Shown here: in pieces, positions 38,549-48,506 of the stretch | Position numbering within the stretch: position 1 is the stretch's first letter | How the letters are laid out: every line of letters starts with the position of its first letter | DNA from: Acidobacteriota bacterium | GTDB taxonomy: Bacteria; Acidobacteriota; UBA4820; DSQY01 | Direction: 5' to 3' | Assembly: GCA_021778515.1 (NCBI GenBank) | Contig: JAJYCJ010000002.1 | Span: forward strand, 1,542 to 65,541 | Length of the DNA: 64,000 nt | Made by a program: the position numbers and the translations under genes | Notes under the pieces: generated by a model | The model's input: the letters and a program-made list of their open reading frames with translations, nothing else | Databases searched by the model: none | What the model was told of the DNA's origin: nothing

Positions 38549-41500
38549 ATGGTGAGGCGGAAAGTAACCATCGACGGCAACGAGGCGGCCGCCTACGTTG
38601 CCCACAAAGTGAACGAGGTCTGCGCCATTTATCCCATCACGCCCTCCTCCCCCATGGGGGAATGGGCCGACCAATGGTCATCCGAGGGCCAGGCCAACAT
38701 CTGGGGAACGGTTCCCTCGGTGGTCGAGCTGCAGAGCGAGGGAGGCGCCTCCGGCGCCGTGCACGGCGCCCTCCAGACGGGGGGCCTGACGACCACCTTT
38801 ACGGCATCCCAGGGCCTCCTCCTGATGATCCCCAACATGTTCAAGATCGCGGGCGAATTGACCTCCACGGTCTTCCACGTGTCCGCGCGCACCCTGGCCA
38901 CCCATGCCCTCTCCATCTTCGGCGACCACAGCGACGTCATGGCCGTGCGCTCCACGGGTTGGGCCATGCTCTGCTCGTGCTCCATCCAGGAGATCATGGA
39001 TTTCGCCCTCATCGCCCAGGCCGCCACCCTGGAAGGGCGCATCCCCGTCCTGCACTTCTTCGACGGCTTCCGAAGCTCCCACGAGGTTCAGAAGATCGAA
39101 CAACTCGATGAGAGTGACCTGCGCGCGCTCATCAGCGACGACCTGGTGCGGGCCCACCGAGGAAGGGCCCTCTCCCCCGACCGGCCGGTGCTCCGGGGCT
39201 CGGCGCAAAACCCCGACGTCTTTTTCCAGGCGCGGGAGCGGATCAACCCCTTCTACCAGGCCTTCCCCGAGATCATGCAGCGCGCCATGGACAGGTTCGC
39301 CGAGGTGGTGGGCCGCCAGTACCGCCTGTTCGATTACGTCGGCGCGCCCGACGCCGAGCGCGTCATCGTCATGATGGGCTCGGGCGCGGAAGCCGCCCAC
39401 GAGGCCGTTGAACGCCTCGTGGCCGACGGAGAGAAGGTGGGGCTGCTGAAGGTCCGCCTGTTCCGTCCCTTCTCCACCGAGGCCTTCATCAAGACCCTGC
39501 CCTGGACGGCCAAATCCATTGCCGTTCTGGACCGGACAAAGGAACCAGGCTCCGCCGGAGAACCCCTCTACCAGGACATCGTGACGGTCCTGGGCGAGGA
39601 GCTCTCCTCGGGCCGGCTGCCCTTCCGCTTCCCGCGCGTCGTGGGGGGCCGCTACGGCCTCTCCTCCAAGGAGTTCACCCCGGCCATGGTGAAGGCGGTC
39701 TTCGACAACCTCGCGCAGGATGATCCCAAGAACCATTTTTCGGTGGGCATCCAGGATGATGTGACCCACCAGAGCCTCCCCTTCGACCCCGCCTTCATCA
39801 CCGAGGGCGATGGCGTCATCCGCTGCCTCTTCTACGGCCTCGGTTCGGACGGCACAGTGGGAGCCAACAAGAACTCCATCAAGATCATCGGCGAAGAGAC
39901 CGGGAACTACGCCCAGGGTTACTTCGTCTATGACTCCAAGAAGGCCGGCTCCATCACCGTCTCCCACCTCCGCTTCGGGCCCAAGCCGATCCACTCCACC
40001 TACCTGGTCTCCTCGGCCAACTTCGTGGCGTGTCACGCCTTCACCTTCCTCGAAAAGTTCGACATGCTGCGGGACGCCGTTCCGGGCGCCACCTTCCTGT
40101 TGAACAGCCCCTACGGGCCCGACGAGGTGTGGGACAAGATTCCGCGCAGCGTACAGCAGCAGATCATCGACAAGCGGCTCAAGCTCTACGTCATCGACGG
40201 TTACAAGGTGGCCCGCGAGGCCGGCATGGGAGGCCGCGTCAACACCATCATGCAGACCTGCTTCTTCGCCATCTCGGGGGTCCTGCCCAAGGACGAGGCC
40301 ATCGCGGCCATCAAGCACTCCATCGAAAAGACGTACGGCAAGAAGGGCGAGGAGGTGGTCCGCAAGAACTTCGAGGCCGTGGACGCCACCCTGGCCAACC
40401 TCTTCCAGGTCGCCGTGCCCGAGAAGGCCAGTGCGGACTTCGACAAGCCGCCGGTGGTTTCTGAAAAGGCCCCCGACTACGTCCGGGACGTCCTGGCCAA
40501 GATCATCGCCAACGAAGGCGACGACCTGCCCGTCTCCGCCATGCCCCCCGACGGCACCTTCCCCACGGCCACGGCCCAGTGGGAGAAGCGGAACATCGCC
40601 CTGGAGATCCCCGTATGGGATGAGAAGCTCTGCATCCAGTGCGGCAAGTGCGCGCTCGTCTGCCCCCACGCGGCGATCCGCATCAAGGTCTACGACTCCG
40701 CCCTGCTCAGGGAGCCCCCGGTCTCCTTCAAGTCCATGGACTATAAGGGGCAGGAGTTCAAGGGCATGAAGTATACCGTCCAGGTGGCGCCCGAGGATTG
40801 CACGGGGTGCGCCGAGTGCGCCTTCATCTGCCCCGCAAAGGACAAGAGCAACCCCAAGCACAAATCCCTGGACATGGCCGACCAGATCCCGCTGCGCGAG
40901 CCGGAGCGCGACAACTACGCCTTCTTCCTCGCGCTGCCCGAGGTCGACAGGACCATCGTCAAGATAGACTCCGTCAAAGGCTCCCAGTTCCTCCAGCCTC
41001 TCTTCGAGTACTCGGGCGCCTGCGCCGGCTGCGGCGAGACGCCCTACATCAAGCTCCTGACCCAGCTCTTCGGCGATCGGGCCCTCATCGCCAACGCCAC
41101 GGGCTGCTCCTCCATCTACGGGGGCAACCTCCCCACCACTCCCTACACGATCAATCCCGACGGCCGCGGCCCCGCCTGGTCCAACTCGCTCTTCGAGGAC
41201 AACGCCGAGTTCGGCTACGGCTTCCGCCTCACCCTCGACCAGCACCGCCAGTATGCCCGTGAGCTCCTGCTGAAGCTGAGGTCCTCCCTGGGCGACGACC
41301 TCGTGGACGGCCTCCTGAACGAGCCGCAGACCGATGAGATAGGCATCGCACGCCAGCGGGCCCGAGTCTTCGCCCTCAGGCAGAAGCTGGCCGGCGCCAC
41401 GGACGGGGAGGCCCAGAACCTCCTCTCGGTCTCTGATGCACTCGTGAAGAAGAGCGTCTGGATCGTGGGCGGCGACGGCTGGGCCTACGACATCGGCTAC

Positions 41501-42130
41501 GGCGGACTGGACCACGTACTCGCCTCGGGCCGCAACGTGAACGTGCTCGTCCTGGACACCGAGGTTTACTCCAACACCGGCGGCCAGTGCTCGAAGGCCA
41601 CACCCATCGGGGCCGTTGCGAAGTTCGCGGCGGGCGGCAAGGCCCTGCCCAAGAAGGACCTCGGACTCCTGGCCGTGACCTACGGGAACATCTACGTGGC
41701 GCGCGTCGCCATGGGCGCCAGCGACAACCAGACGGTCAAGGCCTTCCTGGAGGCCGAGGCCTACGACGGCCCCTCCCTGATCATCGCCTACAGCCACTGC
41801 ATCGCTCACGGTTTCGACATGACGGAGGGCATGCAGCACCAGAAGGAGGCCGTGGAGTGCGGCGCCTGGCCGCTCTTCCGTTACAATCCAGATCTGGCCA
41901 AGGAAGGCAAGAACCCGATGAAGCTTGACTCCAAGGCGCCCAAGAGCGCTTTCGCGGACTACGCCATGAAGGAGACGCGTTTCAAGATGCTCACCAAGAG
42001 CCATCCGGAGGTCGCCCGGGAGCTCATGCAACTCGCCCAGAAAGAGAACGTCGCCCGCTGGGAGGTCTACGAGCAGTTGGCCGGCATACCGTTCGGCGAG
42101 AAGACCCCTCAGCCGGACAAGGGCGTATAG
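38549..42130 (+). CDS. nifJ: pyruvate:ferredoxin (flavodoxin) oxidoreductase, single-polypeptide type
   Basis: 1193 aa. N-terminus TIDGNEAAAYVAHKVNEVCAIYPITPSSPMGE. Two 4Fe-4S motifs CIQCGKCALVCPH and CTGCAECAFICP. TPP domain GCGETPY...GGDGWAYDIGYGGLDH. Confidence 0.97.
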   Translation: MVRRKVTIDGNEAAAYVAHKVNEVCAIYPITPSSPMGEWADQWSSEGQANIWGTVPSVVELQSEGGASGAVHGALQTGGLTTTFTASQGLLLMIPNMFKIAGELTSTVFHVSARTLATHALSIFGDHSDVMAVRSTGWAMLCSCSIQEIMDFALIAQAATLEGRIPVLHFFDGFRSSHEVQKIEQLDESDLRALISDDLVRAHRGRALSPDRPVLRGSAQNPDVFFQARERINPFYQAFPEIMQRAMDRFAEVVGRQYRLFDYVGAPDAERVIVMMGSGAEAAHEAVERLVADGEKVGLLKVRLFRPFSTEAFIKTLPWTAKSIAVLDRTKEPGSAGEPLYQDIVTVLGEELSSGRLPFRFPRVVGGRYGLSSKEFTPAMVKAVFDNLAQDDPKNHFSVGIQDDVTHQSLPFDPAFITEGDGVIRCLFYGLGSDGTVGANKNSIKIIGEETGNYAQGYFVYDSKKAGSITVSHLRFGPKPIHSTYLVSSANFVACHAFTFLEKFDMLRDAVPGATFLLNSPYGPDEVWDKIPRSVQQQIIDKRLKLYVIDGYKVAREAGMGGRVNTIMQTCFFAISGVLPKDEAIAAIKHSIEKTYGKKGEEVVRKNFEAVDATLANLFQVAVPEKASADFDKPPVVSEKAPDYVRDVLAKIIANEGDDLPVSAMPPDGTFPTATAQWEKRNIALEIPVWDEKLCIQCGKCALVCPHAAIRIKVYDSALLREPPVSFKSMDYKGQEFKGMKYTVQVAPEDCTGCAECAFICPAKDKSNPKHKSLDMADQIPLREPERDNYAFFLALPEVDRTIVKIDSVKGSQFLQPLFEYSGACAGCGETPYIKLLTQLFGDRALIANATGCSSIYGGNLPTTPYTINPDGRGPAWSNSLFEDNAEFGYGFRLTLDQHRQYARELLLKLRSSLGDDLVDGLLNEPQTDEIGIARQRARVFALRQKLAGATDGEAQNLLSVSDALVKKSVWIVGGDGWAYDIGYGGLDHVLASGRNVNVLVLDTEVYSNTGGQCSKATPIGAVAKFAAGGKALPKKDLGLLAVTYGNIYVARVAMGASDNQTVKAFLEAEAYDGPSLIIAYSHCIAHGFDMTEGMQHQKEAVECGAWPLFRYNPDLAKEGKNPMKLDSKAPKSAFADYAMKETRFKMLTKSHPEVARELMQLAQKENVARWEVYEQLAGIPFGEKTPQPDKGV

Positions 42131-42139
42131 GGGGAAATC

Positions 42140-43129
42140 ATGGACCTGACTACCAGATACCTCGGTTTGGAGCTGAAGAACCCGCTGGTGGCCTCCGCGA
42201 GCCCCCTGTCCAAGGACCTGGACACCCTCAAGCACTTGGAGGACGCCGGCTTGGCCGCGGTCGTCATGGAATCCCTCTTCGAGGAACAGATCCGCCACGA
42301 GGAGGGCGCGCTGGATCACTACCTCACCCACGGCACGGAGAGTTTTGCCGAGGCCCTCTCCTACTACCCCGAGACATCGGAATTCACGCGGGGACCCGAA
42401 GAGTACCTTGAGCACGTCCGCAAAGCCAAGCGGTCCCTCTCCATCCCCGTCATCGCGAGCCTCAACGGGGTCTCATCGGGCGGATGGATGGATTACGCCC
42501 GCAAGATCCAGGAGGCCGGAGCGGATGCGCTGGAGCTGAACATCTACTACGTGCCGACCGACCCCGCCATTCCGGGCTCCGAGGTCGAAAGGGTGTACCT
42601 CGACGACGTCCGCACCGTCCGCACCGCCGTGACCATCCCCGTCGCCGTCAAATTGAGCCCCTACTTCAGCAACATGGCGAACATGGCCGCCCAGATCGAC
42701 GCGCTGGGCGTCAACGGGCTGGTGCTCTTCAACCGCTTCTACCAGCCCGACATCGACCTGGAGGAGCTGGAGGTGGCGCCCAATCTGGTCCTCTCCTCCT
42801 CCTCCGAGATGCGCCTCCCCCTGCGATGGATCGCCATCCTCTTCGGGCGCGTCAAGGCCGACCTGGCTGCCACCAGCGGCATCTACAGGACGGAGGACGT
42901 CCTGAAGATGCTCATGGCCGGCGCCAGCGCTACCATGCTCTGCTCGGCCCTCCTGGTGCACGGAATCCGGCGCGCCACCGAGATCCTCAAGGGCATGGAG
43001 TCCTGGATGGAAGAGCACGAGTACGACTCCGTCCGCCAGATGCAGGGCAGTATGAGCCAGCAGCGCTGCCCCGAACCCGCCGCCTTCGAGCGGGCCAACT
43101 ACATGAAGGTGCTGCAGAGCTACAAATGA
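42140..43129 (+). CDS. dihydroorotate dehydrogenase-like TIM-barrel flavoprotein (non-canonical)
   Basis: [15 protein letters not shown]...IPVIASLNG...[10 protein letters not shown]...IPVAVKLSP.... The position of the class-1 NLSCPN catalytic-Cys motif reads LNIYYVP. It begins 9 nt after the nifJ stop. Confidence 0.8.
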   Translation: MDLTTRYLGLELKNPLVASASPLSKDLDTLKHLEDAGLAAVVMESLFEEQIRHEEGALDHYLTHGTESFAEALSYYPETSEFTRGPEEYLEHVRKAKRSLSIPVIASLNGVSSGGWMDYARKIQEAGADALELNIYYVPTDPAIPGSEVERVYLDDVRTVRTAVTIPVAVKLSPYFSNMANMAAQIDALGVNGLVLFNRFYQPDIDLEELEVAPNLVLSSSSEMRLPLRWIAILFGRVKADLAATSGIYRTEDVLKMLMAGASATMLCSALLVHGIRRATEILKGMESWMEEHEYDSVRQMQGSMSQQRCPEPAAFERANYMKVLQSYK

Positions 43130-43207
43130 AGCGGGCGCCCGCGCCCTGAGCGGTTCCCATTGGGCCCCGGCCCCCGGGTCGGGGCCCCATACTGAAGGGG
43201 TTAGACC

Positions 43208-44500
43208 ATGACCGATTCCTCACCCAACCGCATCAACGCCATCAGCCTGGGTCCCGAGGACAAACGAAGGCTGCTGGAGCGCTTCCTCCGGTACGTGAAG
43301 ACCGAGACTCGATCCAGCGAGACTTCGGAGACCTTCCCCTCGACCCAGGGGCAATGGGATCTCCTCAGAATGCTGGAAGTGGAAATGCGGGAGTTGGGCC
43401 TGGCCGAGGTGGAACTGGACGAGAAGGGATACCTATTCGGGACCTTGCCCTCGACCCTTCCGCCCGGCCGCGACGCCAAGGTCATCGGCTACCTGGCGCA
43501 CGTGGATACCTATCCCGGCACCAACGCCACGGGCGTCAACCCGCAGGTCATCCCCGCTTACGACGGGCGGGACATCCACTTGCCGGCGGCCCCGGGGCTG
43601 ACCCTCACCGTCGCCGAGAATCCGGACCTGGCCCGGTGCACGGGCCACACCCTCGTCACCACCGACGGGACCACCCTCCTGGGTGCGGACGACAAGGCCG
43701 GCGTCGCCGCGATCATGACCGCCTGCGATTGGTTTCTCAATCACCGCGAGGTCCCCCACGGGCCCATCCGCATCGGATTTACCCCGGACGAGGAGACGGG
43801 CAACGGGACGCGCTTCTTCGACGTGAAGCGCTTCGGCGCCTACGCGGCCTACACCTTCGACGGCTCCCTCCTGGGGGAGATCGAGGAGGAGACCTTCTGC
43901 GGCGATTCGGCCGTCCTGACCATCACCGGCAAGGATATCCACCCCGGCGTCGCCAAGGGCAGGATGGTCAACGCCCTCCGCGTGGCGGCTGAGATCATGG
44001 GCCGCCTCCCTAAAGGGTTTCTGCCCGAAACCACGGAAAAGCGCGAGTCCTACCTCCACCCCTACGTGTTCGACGGAGAGGTCGGCAGGGCCAACCTCCG
44101 CTTCATCGTCCGAGGCTTCACCGTCGGGGAGCTGCGCGCACGCGAGGAGGATCTCCTCCGCATCGCGAGCGAGGCCGAGGAGGCATTTCCGGGCGCCAAG
44201 GTGGACGTGCTCATCCAGGAGTCCTACCGGAACATGAAGGTCATCCTGGACCAGCACCCGGAGGTGCTGAACATGGCCATCGAGGCCGTTCGCCGGTCGG
44301 GCGTCGAGCCGGTCCGAAGCTATATCCGGGGCGGGACTGACGGTTCGGCCCTCTGCTTCAAGGGATTGCCCACGCCCAACATCTTCGCCGGCGGCGTCAA
44401 CTTCCACGGCCTCCAGGAGTGGGTGAGCCTGGAGTGGATGGCCAAATCCGTCGAAACGGGGCTCCATTTGGCGCTCCTCTGGGGCGAAAAGGGCGCCTGA
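43208..44500 (+). CDS. pepT: peptidase T (M20B tripeptide aminopeptidase)
   Basis: LLERFLRYVKTETRS, YLAHVDT, LLGADDKAGVAAIM, FTPDEETGNG. Confidence 0.9.
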   Translation: MTDSSPNRINAISLGPEDKRRLLERFLRYVKTETRSSETSETFPSTQGQWDLLRMLEVEMRELGLAEVELDEKGYLFGTLPSTLPPGRDAKVIGYLAHVDTYPGTNATGVNPQVIPAYDGRDIHLPAAPGLTLTVAENPDLARCTGHTLVTTDGTTLLGADDKAGVAAIMTACDWFLNHREVPHGPIRIGFTPDEETGNGTRFFDVKRFGAYAAYTFDGSLLGEIEEETFCGDSAVLTITGKDIHPGVAKGRMVNALRVAAEIMGRLPKGFLPETTEKRESYLHPYVFDGEVGRANLRFIVRGFTVGELRAREEDLLRIASEAEEAFPGAKVDVLIQESYRNMKVILDQHPEVLNMAIEAVRRSGVEPVRSYIRGGTDGSALCFKGLPTPNIFAGGVNFHGLQEWVSLEWMAKSVETGLHLALLWGEKGA

Positions 44501-44591
44501 GCCAGTCCAGACTTGGGCTGCAGGCTCCTTGGCGGCCCCCCTTGCATCTCCGTTTCTCCTCGTGCATGCTAGGGCGGTCAGGAGCGTCTCC

Positions 44592-45332
44592 ATGGAACAA
44601 CGGAGTCAGCAGAGTCCCCCGAAGGGTTTCATAACTCTTGCAGGGCAAAGGCTTACCTATACCATCCGGAGAAACAACAGGGCCCGCCGCATCTGGATCA
44701 AGGTGGAGGACAGGGAGGGCCTTGTGCTGGTGTTTCCCAAGTGGGCCAAGACGAGCCAGGCCCCGGACCTGATCCGCAAGCACCGCGAATGGATCCTCGG
44801 CCGGCTCGGACAGCGAGCCGCCCACCTCGCGAGCGCCCCTCCCCCTCTGGGAGAGGGTCGCACCGTCTCCTATCGCGGCCGCGCCCTGCCTTTGCGCGTG
44901 CGCAACTGCGCCTGCGTCAACCCCTCCGTGGAAATTCACCGAGATTCCGTGGTCGTGCGGGTGCCCCGCGACCGCGACGCCCCCGTCGGTGAAGTGCTCA
45001 CCGCCTTCTATCACGAGAGGGCCAGAGAGGTGTTCACGCGGCGGGTCCAGGCTTTGGCGGAGGCCATCGGCGTCAAACCGAAGCGGCTCTCGGTCCGCGA
45101 CCAGAAAACCCGCTGGGGCGCATGCACTGGGCGCGGCACGCTCACCTTCAACTGGCGCCTTCTGCTGGCCCCTCCGGCCGTGCTCGATTACGTCGTCGTC
45201 CACGAGCTTTGCCACCTGCGGCACGCCAACCACGGGCGGCGCTTCTGGGAGCTGGTGGCCTGCCACAGCCCGAACTTCGAGGCTCACCGCGACTGGCTTC
45301 GTACCTACGGGCGGCTCCTGACCCTGGGATAG
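44592..45332 (+). CDS. YgjP/DUF45-family (M48-like) metal-dependent hydrolase
   Basis: RWGACTGRGTLTFNWRLLLAPPAVLDYVVVHELCHLRHANHGRRFW (HExxH). ATG 44592 (MEQRSQQ). Confidence 0.85.
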   Translation: MEQRSQQSPPKGFITLAGQRLTYTIRRNNRARRIWIKVEDREGLVLVFPKWAKTSQAPDLIRKHREWILGRLGQRAAHLASAPPPLGEGRTVSYRGRALPLRVRNCACVNPSVEIHRDSVVVRVPRDRDAPVGEVLTAFYHERAREVFTRRVQALAEAIGVKPKRLSVRDQKTRWGACTGRGTLTFNWRLLLAPPAVLDYVVVHELCHLRHANHGRRFWELVACHSPNFEAHRDWLRTYGRLLTLG

Positions 45333-45355
45333 CCGCCCTTACCACCTTCCCGTTC

Positions 45356-45604
45356 ATGGAGGATGCCTTGGAAGAACCTCTCAGCCCCCAAAAGGCCCCT
45401 TTCGTATTGGACCTCGAAGCCGCCGACTACTACTGGTGCGCCTGCGGCCGTTCCGGCAAACAGCCCTTCTGCGACGGAAGCCACAAGGGAACGGGATTCC
45501 AGCCCGTCCAGTTCAGGCTCGACCAGCCCAAGAGGGTGGCCCTCTGCGGCTGCAAGTACTCGGGCCACAAACCCTTCTGCGACGGCAACCACAAGGAGCT
45601 CTGA
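45356..45604 (+). CDS. CDGSH-type iron-sulfur domain protein (two CDGSH motifs)
   Basis: CACGRSGKQPFCDGSHKG and CGCKYSGHKPFCDGNHKE. ATG 45356. Confidence 0.85.
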   Translation: MEDALEEPLSPQKAPFVLDLEAADYYWCACGRSGKQPFCDGSHKGTGFQPVQFRLDQPKRVALCGCKYSGHKPFCDGNHKEL

Positions 45605-45712
45605 AGGGCGGGCTCGCGGCCGCGCGGCTGAGGCCGGGCGATTTCCCCCGGACGTCCATCTTCGCGGTATCCCGTGATGCCTGGACCGTGACGGGACCTC
45701 TCAGGTAGCTTC

Positions 45713-46543
45713 ATGCCCTTCCTCGATCTCGGCCCCCTTCAGATCCATTACCGGATCGCGGGTTCCGGCCCGCCGCTGGTTCTCATTCCGGGATGGACCC
45801 TGAACCTGCATCTCTGGGATGAGATGGCCCCCCTCCTGGAACCGCATCATCGGGTCATCCGCTACGATCCGCGCGGCGCCGGCCGGTCCACCTCGAACCC
45901 GGACCTGGAATACTCACGCCTCGCCGACGCCGAGGACCTGGCCGCCCTCCTCGATCACCTCGGCATTGCGGAGGCCAACCTCGCCGGCCATTCCAAAGGG
46001 GCCAGAATCGCGCTCACCTTCGCCATGAATTGGCCCGGGCGCTCCCTTTCGGTGGCGGCCATCGGCTCCGCGGAGCCGCACCCCGCGGGCTCGGGGGCCA
46101 GCTTTCGCCCCATCGCCGCACAGTGGGTGGCCAAAGCCGCCAAGACCGCCAGGGAAGAGGGCCCCGAGGCCGCCCTTAGGAACCTGGGCCGCGCCCGGCT
46201 GTTCGGAAAGCTGCGCTCCTCGCCCGAGGGTCTGCGGCACCTGCGACTGGCCATGGAGGGGTACGCCGCGGCCGACCTGCTCTCCGAGGCAGCCAAGCGA
46301 ACCTGCGACACCGAGGCGGGCGCTCCCCGGCTCACCATGCCGGTCCTCTTTCTGGCGGGCGAAGAGGACCCCTTCCTGGAGGAGTGCCGCTACGCCCACG
46401 AGCACCTCCCCTCCTCGCGCCTGGTCGTCCTGCCGCGCTGCGGCCACATGGCTCCCATCGAGCGTCCGCGGGCCGTGGCCGATGCCCTCCAGGCCTTCCT
46501 CTCCGAGGCGGGCCCACCTGCGTCAGGGGACGGGCCGCGGTAG
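45713..46543 (+). CDS. alpha/beta-fold hydrolase
   Basis: PLVLIPGW, nucleophile elbow GHSKGA, C-terminal CGHMAPIE. Confidence 0.85.
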   Translation: MPFLDLGPLQIHYRIAGSGPPLVLIPGWTLNLHLWDEMAPLLEPHHRVIRYDPRGAGRSTSNPDLEYSRLADAEDLAALLDHLGIAEANLAGHSKGARIALTFAMNWPGRSLSVAAIGSAEPHPAGSGASFRPIAAQWVAKAAKTAREEGPEAALRNLGRARLFGKLRSSPEGLRHLRLAMEGYAAADLLSEAAKRTCDTEAGAPRLTMPVLFLAGEEDPFLEECRYAHEHLPSSRLVVLPRCGHMAPIERPRAVADALQAFLSEAGPPASGDGPR

Positions 46544-47548
46544 CTCGCGGAGGGCCGATTCGTATTCGGCGATCATATCCCGGACGATGGCGCCGGCGGG
46601 TTTGATCTCTTCGATGAGGCCCACGCTCTGGCCGGCGCTCCAGATATCCTTCCAGGCCTTGCCTCCGCCTTGCGCAGAGCCTCTCATGGCCCGCGAGATG
46701 GTGAGCATCCGGAGGGTCTTGGCCCAACGCTTGGTGGCAGGGGATCGGTAGAGCGCGCGCTCCCACCACGTGAGCTCGGTGCCCAGCTTGTCGAGATAGG
46801 GCGTGCGGATGAAGTTGGCGTGCGTCCCGGTGGGTCTCGCGGTGTACAGGATGTCCTCCGGTCCGCTGGCCAGGACTGCCTTCTTATAGCCCTCCCCCAC
46901 CTCGGCCTCCTCCGAGGCGATGAATCGCGTGCCCACGTAGACGCCGTCGGCGCCGAGAGCCATCATGGCGAGCATCCCCCGCCCGTCGGCGATTCCTCCT
47001 GCGGCCAGAACGGGAATGGCCACACGGCTCTTGAGATAGGGCACCAGCACGGTGGGAATGGTGCGGCCCGCGTGTCCGCCCGCCCCGGCGCCCACGGCCA
47101 CCACGCCGTCCGCGCCGAGATCCTGGACCTTCAGCGCATAGCCCAGATCCACGACGTCGCACAGGACTTTCGCGCCGTTCCGGTGGGCGTCCGAGATCAG
47201 GCTCTCGGGGCTTCCGAGGGAGGTGACGTACACGGGGACACCCTCTTCCAGGCAGATCCTGGCGTGCTCTTCTCGGTACGGGTTGGAGCGGTTCACGATG
47301 AGGTTGACCGCGTAAGGGGCCGACGTGAGCCCCCTGACCTCCCGCAGGGCCGCGCGCAGATCCTCCCCCTTCCGGTAGTTGAGGCTCGGTACGGCTCCCA
47401 GCCCCCCGGCCTCCGAGACGGCCGCCACCAGCCGGGGCGTGGTCACCAGGAACATCGGCGCACCAACGATGGGGTATCGGATCCCCAGGAGGCGCGTCAG
47501 CGCGGTGGGGATGGATTGGGAGATCGGTGAGGGCTCCGCGGGGCTCAT
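46523..47548 (-). CDS. nitronate monooxygenase / FabK-like FMN oxidoreductase family protein
   Basis: LGIRYPIVGAPMFLVTTPRLVAAVSEAGGLGAV...AGGHAG...PVLAAGGIADGRG. ATG 47548 overlaps the upstream stop. Confidence 0.85.
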   Translation of the reverse strand: MSPAEPSPISQSIPTALTRLLGIRYPIVGAPMFLVTTPRLVAAVSEAGGLGAVPSLNYRKGEDLRAALREVRGLTSAPYAVNLIVNRSNPYREEHARICLEEGVPVYVTSLGSPESLISDAHRNGAKVLCDVVDLGYALKVQDLGADGVVAVGAGAGGHAGRTIPTVLVPYLKSRVAIPVLAAGGIADGRGMLAMMALGADGVYVGTRFIASEEAEVGEGYKKAVLASGPEDILYTARPTGTHANFIRTPYLDKLGTELTWWERALYRSPATKRWAKTLRMLTISRAMRGSAQGGGKAWKDIWSAGQSVGLIEEIKPAGAIVRDMIAEYESALRELPRPVP

Positions 47549-48339
47549 GGTCGCTCCTCCTGCACCCGCGCCAAGAGATCGAGCACCGCGCCGTTGAAGG
47601 GTTCGGGCTCCTCCACGCAGGCGAGATGGCCCGCCCCGGGGATCTCCACGTAGAAGGCCCCGGGGATGAGGCCCGCGAAGCCCGCGGCCTCCATGGGCGG
47701 CGTGACGGCATCCTGGCTGCCGACGGCCACGAGGGTCGGGCAGGTGATCGTCCGCAGGAAATCCAGCCTGGAGGGCCTGTCGCGCATGGCGAGCAGCGCT
47801 GCCGCCACTCCCTCCCGGCGCTGATCCACCATCATGGACCAGACCCGCCTGGACAGATCCACGCCTTCGCGCAGCGTCTTCTCGCCGAGGAGCTTGAAGA
47901 GCATGTCGTCGGCCAGGAACGTCATGCCCTCGGCCAGCACCCGCCGGGCCGTCGCCGATCGGGCCTCCTTTACGGAAGCCGAGTCGGCCGCCGCTCGCGT
48001 GTCCGCAAGCGCGAGCCCCGCCACCCTCCAAGGAAAGAGGGCCGCGAAGGCCAGCGCCACGTAGCCGCCCATGGAGAACCCGCAGATCACTCCCTTGGGC
48101 GCGCCGTGGGCGTCCATGCAGGCGGCCAGGTCCCGGGCATGGTCTTCGATGGAATGCGGGCCCTTGGGAAGAGGGGATCGCCCGAATCCGCGAAGGTCCG
48201 GCACGAGGACCCTCGCCCTTGACGCCAGCGCCCCGATCTGACGCTCCCACATGCGTCCGTCCAGCGGGAACCCGTGGACCAGCACCAGCGGTACGCCGTC
48301 ACCGTCGCCGAAGGTCGCCCCGGCCAGCCCTTGTCCCAT
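47545..48339 (-). CDS. alpha/beta-fold hydrolase
   Basis: PLVLVHGFPLDGRMW, nucleophile elbow GFSMGG, GAGHLACVE. ATG 48339 (MGQGLAG). Confidence 0.85.
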   Translation of the reverse strand: MGQGLAGATFGDGDGVPLVLVHGFPLDGRMWERQIGALASRARVLVPDLRGFGRSPLPKGPHSIEDHARDLAACMDAHGAPKGVICGFSMGGYVALAFAALFPWRVAGLALADTRAAADSASVKEARSATARRVLAEGMTFLADDMLFKLLGEKTLREGVDLSRRVWSMMVDQRREGVAAALLAMRDRPSRLDFLRTITCPTLVAVGSQDAVTPPMEAAGFAGLIPGAFYVEIPGAGHLACVEEPEPFNGAVLDLLARVQEERP

Positions 48340-48506
48340 GTGCGCAGCTCCCGATTTCGGCCCTGATCGCCACACGGCCGCTCCAGAGACGAGCCTACCA
48401 CCCGACCACGGAGCGGGGGCCAAAGCCGAGCGCCAGCGCCCTCTGCTGGGTCAAAAGGCGCGCCGACGGCGAAAGCACGCCACCCCCACCCGGACCTCGA
48501 CTCTCC

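Noticed and set aside
38678-42415. 1245-aa minus-strand ORF, the longest in the track
   Set aside because: It is antisense to PFOR (nifJ), whose identity is unambiguous. It has no domains and a composition typical of GC-rich shadow frames.
43150-43190. GC hairpin GGGCCCCG-N10-CGGGGCCC after the DHOD-like gene as a terminator
   Set aside because: There is no U-tract, and such GC palindromes are frequent in this DNA. It is too weak to annotate.
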